Shown: positions 8,977 to 16,110, counted from the first letter of the stretch. The stretch is 64,000 bases of DNA from an uncultured virus (IMG/VR IMGVR_UViG_3300047094_001085) (IMGVR_UViG_3300047094_001085); one strand, 5' to 3'. The notes: generated by a model from the letters alone, not told the origin. Numbers and translations are program-made.

Positions 8977-9591
8977 ATGAAAAAATTAATACAATTATTA
9001 GAAGCGAATATTCAGATATCATCTTTGAGTTGTGGAAACGTTAAAGTAGATAATGATAGTTCAAGTGATAAAGTTAATGAAAATTTATTGAAGGATATTT
9101 GTAAAGCGGCTAAAAATGCTAATGTTAGGGTTACTATAACTACAGCAATTTCAGGTCATAGTGCGGAAACAGCATCAGGAAACACAAGTAGACATCCATC
9201 AGGTAATGCTGTCGATATTAGTTTAGTTAATGAAACTCCGGTTAAAACTCCGTCAAATAGAGGTAATGTTGATAATTTTGTTAATCAATTAGAAATACTG
9301 GGATATACTAAAAATTCTGAACCTGATTCTTCAGTTCCTAAATCAGTTTTAACTTTTGGTTTTCCGGGTCATGATAATCATGTTCATGTCTCAAATATTG
9401 AACAAAGTTCCACAACATCATCTAGTGGTACAACATCATCTAGTGGGACTGCAGCGGCAAAGGATAGTCCTGAATCTATAAGTACAAATATTTTAAATAG
9501 TTTTATTGGAGATACGTTTGGTAAGGCTTTAGGGTTAAGAGAACAAAGAGTAAATAAAGAAATAAGTAAAATTAAAAACTTACTTAAATAA
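8977..9591 (+). CDS. peptidase M15-like Zn peptidoglycan hydrolase
   Basis: SRH-x6-D (SRHPSGNAVD) and HDNHVH zinc-ligand motifs. Confidence 0.65.
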   Translation: MKKLIQLLEANIQISSLSCGNVKVDNDSSSDKVNENLLKDICKAAKNANVRVTITTAISGHSAETASGNTSRHPSGNAVDISLVNETPVKTPSNRGNVDNFVNQLEILGYTKNSEPDSSVPKSVLTFGFPGHDNHVHVSNIEQSSTTSSSGTTSSSGTAAAKDSPESISTNILNSFIGDTFGKALGLREQRVNKEISKIKNLLK

Positions 9592-9620
9592 AAAAACCCC
9601 TCCGTTAAGAGGGGTTTTTT
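9590..9620. terminator. bidirectional intrinsic terminator
   Basis: AAAAAACCCCT-CCGTTAAG-AGGGGTTTTTT between convergent genes. Confidence 0.75.
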
Positions 9621-9628
9621 GTTTTAGA

Positions 9629-9802
9629 TTACTTCACTTGAGTAGTATCTACTTGTGTAGTGTCTACGGCTGTTGTATCTACTGATACTGAATCAACCGC
9701 TGTTGTATCAACAGATGTTGTTGATTCTTCTGTGTTTACTTGTTTACAAGATGTTAATGATAATGTTGCAATCACTGTAAGAGCTAATAATACTTTTTTC
9801 AT
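9629..9802 (-). CDS. small Thr/Asp-rich lipoprotein (not in ORF track)
   Basis: MKKVLLALTVIATLSLTSC-KQVNTEESTTSVDTTAVDSVSVDTTAVDTTQVDTTQVK; lipobox LTSC. Confidence 0.8.
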   Translation of the reverse strand: MKKVLLALTVIATLSLTSCKQVNTEESTTSVDTTAVDSVSVDTTAVDTTQVDTTQVK

Positions 9803-9935
9803 AATACTTTGTTTTAAATTAATTTTTAAGTTCGTTAAATAAATAGTTAATTAAAACGGGTAAGTCAAACATTATACCAAAAAAATTTACTTAATCGTTG
9901 TAATAAAAAATTTTTAAAAATATTTTTAGATAATG

Positions 9936-9966
9936 TTTGGTGTAAAGAAAAAAAGTATTATCTTTG
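9936..9966 (+). promoter_or_regulatory. Bacteroidota sigma-A type promoter
   Basis: TTTG-N19-TATCTTTG. Confidence 0.75.
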
Positions 9967-9987
9967 TACTCACAAAACGGATAAGAT

Positions 9988-10242
9988 ATGGCTAAAGAGA
10001 AATTGTATAGAAGTGTTAATGGTGAATACCTATATTTGTTTAATTGGATTGGTGGTGGATTTAATGATGTGTGGGGTCCAAGTAAAAGAGAGGCGTATGC
10101 TCGTGTTATGAGAGAACAAAAGGAACACGAGAAGAAATATCCAACTCACGTTAAGTTGAGACCGGACTATAAGTCAATGAGAAAATGTACTTATTCTCAG
10201 TATCAAGAACAAAACCGAATGGGTTGGATGATGAGTTGTTAA
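9988..10242 (+). CDS. hypothetical protein
   Basis: 84-aa ORF directly after the promoter. Confidence 0.7.
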   Translation: MAKEKLYRSVNGEYLYLFNWIGGGFNDVWGPSKREAYARVMREQKEHEKKYPTHVKLRPDYKSMRKCTYSQYQEQNRMGWMMSC

Positions 10243-10397
10243 AAACTACTTGAGTAAGTGGGAGTGGTCAATCAACAACCCAAAGAAGTTTCAGGTAAAA
10301 CTATATTTAAAAGAGGACGGCCGAGCCTATAATAGAGTAAGTAGGAAGTTAGTGTTTTTTAGGAAGATTGAGTCAGTTTTTAACATTAACGAAACAT

Positions 10398-10489
10398 AGT
10401 CGGGTGGCGCAATTGGTAGAGCAAGTAGATGACACAGATACTGATTCTGTAAATTTTCCGCTATACAGGTTCGAATCCTGTCCTGACTA
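10398..10489 (+). ncRNA. tRNA-like RNA, AGTCRGG family copy 2
   Basis: AGTCGGG...ACAGGTTCGAATCCTGTCCTGACTA; D-arm GGCGCAATTGGTAGAGC; extended non-canonical central arm. Confidence 0.7.
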
Positions 10490-10577
10490 CAGAGTAACTT
10501 AATGCGGTAGTAACCGAGTAGTAAGACTCCCTCAAGTGATATACCCGGTGTGGTTGGTTAATTGAAGTATCACGTAG

Positions 10578-10753
10578 AGTCAGGTGGCGGAAAGGTAGAC
10601 GATTCCCATCAACACACATAGGGAGATTCAGATTGTTGTGTGTATCGATTGTAGCACGTATTATAGCGTAAGTGACTGAAACTAAGGTCGTAGTATAATC
10701 GTAGTGTATAGGTGAAGCAATCACTCGTACAGGTTCAAATCCTGTCCTGACTA
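10578..10753 (+). ncRNA. tRNA-like RNA, AGTCRGG family copy 3 with ~125-nt central domain
   Basis: AGTCAGGTGGCGGAAAGGTAGACG...ACAGGTTCAAATCCTGTCCTGACTA. Confidence 0.7.
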
Positions 10754-10902
10754 CTTAGCAAGGTGTAAACGATTAGGAAAATTCGTCACAGGTTTACATT
10801 AAGTTGCAGACGAACCGAAATGCTTACGGTTAACAGGGCTTAACTCATAAAGTCCAGAGAGCATAATCTAACGAGTGACAGATTGGAAAGACAATCAAAT
10901 TT

Positions 10903-11004
10903 AGTCAGGAGACCATTGGTTGGTGGCACCTCCCCAAGGTTGAGTAACGATAAGGTCGACTCTTTATGGCAAAGCTGAAGCGGGTTCGAATCCTGTCCTG
11001 ACTA
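10903..11004 (+). ncRNA. tRNA-like RNA, AGTCRGG family copy 4
   Basis: AGTCAGG...GCGGGTTCGAATCCTGTCCTGACTA; divergent D region. Confidence 0.65.
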
Positions 11005-11026
11005 CAAATTTTAAAATAAATAAATT

Positions 11027-11185
11027 ATGGAAATAGTATTATTACAATTCGCATTGACTGGTTTAAACCTATACGGAGCAAAAACTCAAAAAGATAATGG
11101 TAGGAATCCCGCATTCAGTTATTTCGTTGCCGGAATGTGTTTTGGTTTTGGTTTATCCGGTTTGATAGAATTATTATTAAAATAA
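11027..11185 (+). CDS. small membrane protein (not in ORF track)
   Basis: 52 aa MEIVLLQFALTG...FVAGMCFGFGLSGLIELLLK; A-rich leader. Confidence 0.5.
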   Translation: MEIVLLQFALTGLNLYGAKTQKDNGRNPAFSYFVAGMCFGFGLSGLIELLLK

Positions 11186-11217
11186 TTTGACAGATTAAAA
11201 TAAAAGTATTATCTTTG
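11186..11217 (+). promoter_or_regulatory. Bacteroidota sigma-A type promoter
   Basis: TTTG-N20-TATCTTTG. Confidence 0.75.
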
Positions 11218-11250
11218 TAGAAGAAATAAAGTTCTTAAAAATATTGAAAA

Positions 11251-11337
11251 TATAGGTGGACGTTGTGTCGAGGTTTCAAATCCCTCCGGTTTTAACACCG
11301 TAGCTCAGATGGTAGAGCATACGTCCACTAACTTATA
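11251..11337 (+). ncRNA. circularly permuted tRNA-like RNA (YrlA-like topology)
   Basis: closing stem GTGGACGT/ACGTCCAC encloses a T-arm, then a closed acceptor-like stem CGGT-TTTAAC-ACCG, then D-arm TAGCTCAGATGGTAGAGC. Confidence 0.7.
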
Positions 11338-11339
11338 AT

Positions 11340-11431
11340 GGTATTGTAGCTCAGTGGGAGATTCGTCTTCCTTTGGTAGAGCAGGAGTAACGAAAGACTC
11401 TGTGCCGTAGGTTCGAACCCTTCCGATACCA
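11340..11431 (+). ncRNA. atypical tRNA-like RNA with hairpin inserted in the D-loop
   Basis: GGTATTG/CGATACC+A acceptor; GCTC/GAGC D-stem with GGGAGA-TTCG-TCTTCC insertion; 8-nt anticodon loop AACGAAAG; TTCGAAC T-loop. Confidence 0.6.
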
Positions 11432-11437
11432 CAAAAA

Positions 11438-11573
11438 TATAAACCATAATTTGGCGGAGGATGGAACTACGAATTTATTTGTAGTAAAGTATCGTCGGGT
11501 GAGAGACCCGGATGGATAGAAGGTAGACAAGTAATCCTAGACACGTCCGCAGATTCCTTCTCTTGGGTTTATA
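11438..11573 (+). ncRNA. putative structured RNA
   Basis: terminal TATAAACC/GGTTTATA pairing; inner GCGGA/TCCGC, ACTACGAAT/ATTTGTAGT and CGGGT/ACCCG helices. Confidence 0.45.
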
Positions 11574-11580
11574 GATTTAT

Positions 11581-11698
11581 TCTGTGATAAGATAGCAGAT
11601 AGACCTATTACAGCAGACTATCCCGTAGGGAGTGCGAGTTTTAGGTAGAATAGAATGGGTGACCTACGAATGAGTAAATCTTAAGGTCTTATCACAGA
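11581..11698 (+). ncRNA. putative structured RNA
   Basis: perfect 12-bp terminal stem TCTGTGATAAGA/TCTTATCACAGA. Confidence 0.5.
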
Positions 11699-11720
11699 TT
11701 AAAAAAAAATAAAAAAAAAG

Positions 11721-11866
11721 TTTGACAATTCAAATAAGTTTACTTACCTTTGTCAAACATTTGAGAAACAGGTTGACCGGAGTCATAAAACGTTGTATAG
11801 TTTTCCTCTTCTCAAAAAAAAAGTTTTATAAAGTGCTTGACAAATGAAAAAAATCACTTACCTTTG
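11721..11866 (+). promoter_or_regulatory. tandem sigma-A type promoters
   Basis: TTTG-N20-TACCTTTG (11721-11752) and CTTG-N19-TACCTTTG (11836-11866), each with an upstream A-tract. Confidence 0.75.
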
Positions 11867-11904
11867 TAAAACAAATTAGGGAAACCTAATACGTTCTTAG
11901 AAAT

Positions 11905-12778
11905 TTTAGATTATCCATCAGGATGTTGATGATGAGACCCTCGGGTTGATTCTGAGATAACTGAAAAACGATAATGGGTGGTATATCATCCTTAAATAAA
12001 CCGGGAAACCGGGATAAAGTGAATCTGTTGTGTTAACAGGTTTGCGGTCTCAGAAATGGGACTCGAGTATACAAGTCGGATATCGCCTAACCTTTAGTAC
12101 TGAGGGAAACTCTGTAAGGAAAGTGGTTGGGTGACCGGGAGATGTGGGTCTTTCGGTTGAGATTGGAAAATCAATAAGAATAACCGATAGGAATCAAGTG
12201 AGAAATAGGGTCATCCAACCTTATAATTGCGGGTTCCAATATGAGAGAAATCTTAAAGTCGAAAGACAAGATAAGTAACAGGTGGTGCTGTCATTATCCT
12301 TATCAAATATCTACCAAGATTTTGATTCGAAGAATTCTTAAAATATGAGAGATGGGAATTTCTACCGGGTAGATTGGTATTTCGTCGTCCAAAAGATGAT
12401 GAAGCCTAAGACAAACCTCTACTTGGACAAATCCACAACACAAACCAAACTTTTCAATAGGTGAAAAACTAACAGAAAAACGGAAAAGTGTTTGTCAGGT
12501 GATAACGAAAGTTGCTTCCATAGTCACGGGCTGTCCGTGGCACGAAAGAACCCCAAGTTCAATCGTATTTTTACCAAAAACCTCTACGGAGTCGAATCCG
12601 GAGTCAGGTCGCAAGCTTGAAGAGAGTAGAGTAGTAAGAGAGTAGTTATTATCTTAAGGAGTAATTGGTCTAACCAATTAGCAATGAGGATTACCACTCA
12701 AAAGGTGGTGGAAACGAAGGGAAACAATAATCCTTCTAAAGATTCTTACTAAGACGAGTATTCTCATCGTATTAAGCC
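11905..12778 (+). ncRNA. large ornate non-coding RNA, GOLLD-like
   Basis: ~870 nt without an ORF; GC-richer; many GNRA-capped hairpins (CCGG-GAAA-CCGG, GTC-GAAA-GAC, GGTC-GCAA-GCT); own promoter and terminator; adjacent to the tRNA-like cluster. Family assignment rests on size and context only. Confidence 0.6.
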
Positions 12779-12814
12779 AAAAAGGTAACTCATTTATTTG
12801 TGTTACCTTTTTTT
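12779..12814. terminator. bidirectional terminator
   Basis: AAAAAGGTAAC...GTTACCTTTTTTT. Confidence 0.75.
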
Positions 12815-12816
12815 GT

Positions 12817-13464
12817 TTATAATAGTTTATTTGATTTTTTTAGATTGTCTTCAGCCCATAATGGTTGAAGATTTGTATAATAACATAGATTATAAAGTTC
12901 TTTTTCCGTTTTTGCGGATGATAATGGGATTATATGGTCAATATGCCATCCGTACACTCCATAATTATCCCAAGACATTCCTTCCGTAAATTTAGATTCC
13001 AAGTAATGAGATATTTCAATAGGTGTTAAACCAATAATTTCAAAAGTTTTATTTTTTTTTAATATGTTATTTTTTTTAATATACTCGGACATTCTTTTTC
13101 TTACTGAACACGAAATTAAAAATATCAAGTCAGTTTGTTTTCGTAATTTTCTTTTTTGATTAACTTTATCTTTGTTTTGTTCATACCATTCTTTTTGATA
13201 TTTTTTTAACTCTTCACTATTTTTTTGATTATAACTTTTATGGTAATTATAAACGTGTTCCGGATTAGATATTTTCCACTTTTTATTATATTCTAATAAA
13301 TGTGTTTTATTATTTAATCTCCATTCTTTTCCACAACTTTTACATTCACTTCGAAGACCATCTTTAGAATCATTACGTTTTCCAAACTCGCAAACTTCTT
13401 TCTCTTCTTTACACTTACTACAAACTTTTTTTTCCATAATGTTTACTTTAAACCATAACTCCAT
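12817..13464 (-). CDS. HNH homing endonuclease
   Basis: N-terminal CSKC...CKSC zinc finger; WHIDHIIP...NLQPLWAEDNLKKSN. Confidence 0.85.
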   Translation of the reverse strand: MELWFKVNIMEKKVCSKCKEEKEVCEFGKRNDSKDGLRSECKSCGKEWRLNNKTHLLEYNKKWKISNPEHVYNYHKSYNQKNSEELKKYQKEWYEQNKDKVNQKRKLRKQTDLIFLISCSVRKRMSEYIKKNNILKKNKTFEIIGLTPIEISHYLESKFTEGMSWDNYGVYGWHIDHIIPLSSAKTEKELYNLCYYTNLQPLWAEDNLKKSNKLL

Positions 13465-13840
13465 TGGAGGTTATTGTAAAATCTATTATTTTTACCGTAT
13501 CATTCTCATCATTAAAATGAATTTTACCAAAAGTGTGACCATTTTTAGTTTCTACGTCGAATACATTAGTTTCAAAATTTAAATTCAAGTTTAAACGCTC
13601 TTGTAATTTTTCATTTAATTCATCCACGGAATCGTATAAATGTTCTTGAAGGAAAGATTTGACGATAATTTCCACCAACATTCCTTTGTAACTTTTTTGT
13701 TTTCCATAATGTTCATTTAATAATGTTTCAATCAGTCGAGATTTATTAATCATCTCATCATCCATTTTTTTGTAAATTATTGGGTCAACACAGATTCCAA
13801 ATTTTACTTTTTTATCTTCTTCTTTTTTTCTTGGGTTCAT
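13448..13840 (-). CDS. hypothetical protein (possible ribbon-helix-helix N-terminus)
   Basis: 130-aa ORF; NKSRLIETLL helix. Confidence 0.5.
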   Translation of the reverse strand: MNPRKKEEDKKVKFGICVDPIIYKKMDDEMINKSRLIETLLNEHYGKQKSYKGMLVEIIVKSFLQEHLYDSVDELNEKLQERLNLNLNFETNVFDVETKNGHTFGKIHFNDENDTVKIIDFTITSNGVMV

Positions 13841-13916
13841 AATATCTTTTTATTATAAATATCTCAAAAAATCTAAAAAGTCATAATTTTTAGAAAAAAA
13901 GTATTATCTTTGTCCT

Positions 13917-14192
13917 ATGAAAAAATTAATCACAGAAAATTGGGAAAGAAAATATACCGGAGAATTACGGGTTAGGAAAGTATTGTCTATATTACCATTT
14001 ATTATTGTCAATGGTGAAGATAGTGATTTTCATTGGACCGGTAAATGGTTCAAGTATGTTACAATTCAGGAACAAAAAGTGAAAGACCGTTATTTAGAGT
14101 TTGATGATGGATGGAATTACCAACATTATTGGGGAGAATGGGAGTTAAGTTGGGTATTAACCAAAATTATAGAAGATGAAAAAGTCAATTAA
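13917..14192 (+). CDS. hypothetical protein
   Basis: ORF starting 4 nt after TATCTTTG. Confidence 0.6.
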   Translation: MKKLITENWERKYTGELRVRKVLSILPFIIVNGEDSDFHWTGKWFKYVTIQEQKVKDRYLEFDDGWNYQHYWGEWELSWVLTKIIEDEKVN

Positions 14193-14613
14193 TATTGTCA
14201 ATAAGAAAGCCAAGTTTGAGTATTCATTCTTGGAAACTCTAATTGTGGGAATCAAATTAGTTGGTTCAGAGGTGAAGTCCATCCGTCAGGGGAAGGTGTC
14301 CATATCTGAAGGGTATTGTTATTTTAATGATGGGGAATTGTTTATAAAAGGGATGAACATTTCCGATTATGGTTATGGGTCATTCCACGAGACCATTAAA
14401 GATAGAAAACTATTGGCCAAGAAAAAAGAACTAAATAAGTTGGAACGTGAGTTAATCAACGGGACAACCATCATTCCTTATCGTGTCTTCATAAATGATA
14501 CCGGATTGGTTAAGATGGAGATTGCTCTTGCCAAAGGGAAAAAACTCCACGATAAACGAGATAGTATAAAATCTCGTGATATTGAAAGAGATATGAAAAG
14601 GGACTTGAAATAG
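14176..14613 (+). CDS. smpB: SsrA-binding protein SmpB
   Basis: NKKAKFEY, GIKLVGSEVKSIR, RKLL and LAKGKKLHDKR motifs. Confidence 0.95.
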   Translation: MKKSINIVNKKAKFEYSFLETLIVGIKLVGSEVKSIRQGKVSISEGYCYFNDGELFIKGMNISDYGYGSFHETIKDRKLLAKKKELNKLERELINGTTIIPYRVFINDTGLVKMEIALAKGKKLHDKRDSIKSRDIERDMKRDLK

Positions 14614-14638
14614 TCCCTTTTTTTATTATAATTAAATT

Positions 14639-15019
14639 ATGAATTTATTAATACCTACTAAAATAGAAATTAAACCCTCACCAGGAAAAGGTATGGGGGT
14701 CTTCGCTATTGACGTTATTCAAAAAGATGAGGTAATTGAAGAATGTCATTTAGTAAAATTACCCACAAAAAAATGGGAGAAATCAAAACTACTTGATGAT
14801 TATAGATTTTGTTATCCTCAAGGACCAAATTGGGAAGAATATGTTATTCCATTAGGTTATGGGTGTATATATAATCATTCCGATACAAATAATGCTATGT
14901 GGAGAAATCATCCAACACAAAGAGCATTCCAATTCTACGCTTTACAAACAATCCAACCCGGTGAAGAAATTTGTACAAACTATGGTGAAGGTTACCTATG
15001 GGGTGGTGTCAAACAATAA
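14639..15019 (+). CDS. SET domain lysine methyltransferase
   Basis: GKGMGVFA, YNHS..N and IQPGEEICTNYG motifs. Confidence 0.85.
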   Translation: MNLLIPTKIEIKPSPGKGMGVFAIDVIQKDEVIEECHLVKLPTKKWEKSKLLDDYRFCYPQGPNWEEYVIPLGYGCIYNHSDTNNAMWRNHPTQRAFQFYALQTIQPGEEICTNYGEGYLWGGVKQ

Positions 15020-15053
15020 ATTATCAGTTCAATATAAACAAATTAAAAAAAAA

Positions 15054-15395
15054 ATGGAAATTATGATTATAGGAATTTTTTTAGGTATGGTTATGGTTCT
15101 CGGGATACTGGGGGTTATAGTTGTGGTTAGGATGTATTCAAACATCAAAAAATTAAAAGGATTGGTTAGAACTCAACAAGAAATAATAAATAATATTTAT
15201 TTAAGAATAGATGAGGTAGACCAAATGATTAACCGTCGTATTGATGGTGAGATTGATAGAACAAATAAATTAAATGAAACAACGAATAGACATATTACGA
15301 CTAATATTGACGAAATATATAGATTTGTTGATTCAAGATTAGATAAATTAACAAATAAATTAAATCCGAGTAAAAAGGATTTATTACAAGATTAA
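15054..15395 (+). CDS. membrane-anchored coiled-coil protein
   Basis: start taken at MEIMII; TM helix then coiled coil; upstream part of the track ORF overlaps the SET gene. Confidence 0.6.
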   Translation: MEIMIIGIFLGMVMVLGILGVIVVVRMYSNIKKLKGLVRTQQEIINNIYLRIDEVDQMINRRIDGEIDRTNKLNETTNRHITTNIDEIYRFVDSRLDKLTNKLNPSKKDLLQD

Positions 15396-15474
15396 AAAAT
15401 AAACATTGAACTGATAACAAACCACCTCCGGGTGGTTTTTTTTTTATAATAGATATTTATATTAAAAAAATATT

Positions 15475-16095
15475 ATGAAAAATAATTTTGAAGAAATTAA
15501 TGAATTGATACGTACTAATAACAATAATCGTAAATATGATAGTTGGTTTGATTGGGAGATTAATAATAATATTGAGATTTCTAAATTTAAAGAAGTAATA
15601 AGTGGTGTAGATTCATCAAATTTTAATCCTGATTTTTTACCAAAATCTTTAATTGACCAACTTTCAAAAATTAAAACGGATACAATATTAGATTATGGTG
15701 CAGGATTAGGTAGAAATCTACCATTATTAAAAAAATATTCAAATAATGTTGATTACATAGATTTAGAACACTATCAAAAAAATTATATTGATTATATTAA
15801 TGATTTGGGTTACAATGAAACCTATTTTATAGAAATGATACCTGATTGTTTAATCGGAAAAAAATATGATTTAATTTATTGTTCTGTAGTTTTACAACAT
15901 ATTATTGATGATGAGATATATGAAAAAATTGTAAAAATATTATATGACGCTTGTGATTATTTATTTTTAGTTCAAAATATGACACCAATAAAAGATGTGT
16001 TTTATGATTACTTTAAATTAGAACATTGTGAAATAAGTAATGTTTATTTTGGTAAACATAGATACTGTTTATTTAAAACAAAAAACCCATCGTAA
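15475..16095 (+). CDS. class I SAM-dependent methyltransferase
   Basis: ILDYGAGLGR and YDLIYCSVVLQHI motifs. Confidence 0.8.
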   Translation: MKNNFEEINELIRTNNNNRKYDSWFDWEINNNIEISKFKEVISGVDSSNFNPDFLPKSLIDQLSKIKTDTILDYGAGLGRNLPLLKKYSNNVDYIDLEHYQKNYIDYINDLGYNETYFIEMIPDCLIGKKYDLIYCSVVLQHIIDDEIYEKIVKILYDACDYLFLVQNMTPIKDVFYDYFKLEHCEISNVYFGKHRYCLFKTKNPS

Positions 16096-16110
16096 TGATG
16101 GGTTTTCTTT

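Noticed and set aside
9660..9842. Track ORF on the + strand
   Set aside because: It is the antisense shadow of the lipoprotein gene on the - strand.
10461..10724. Track ORF on the - strand
   Set aside because: It is antisense to the tRNA-like RNAs and has no protein features.
365..11004. CRISPR array or integrase att duplications explaining the repeated TCCTGTCCTGACTAC
   Set aside because: Spacing is irregular, each repeat has a matching 5' acceptor strand, and there is no cas or integrase gene in the window.
11490..11525. FMN riboswitch-like segment (CCGGATGG..AGAAG)
   Set aside because: The 5' half of the aptamer is absent and there is no downstream riboflavin gene.
11905..12778. rRNA fragment
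   Set aside because: No recognisable universal 16S/23S motifs despite the rrn-like leader.
11905..13464. HEARO/OMEGA RNA with IscB, or a group I intron with homing endonuclease
   Set aside because: The HNH gene is convergent, separated by a terminator and lacks RuvC motifs; no interrupted host gene is present.
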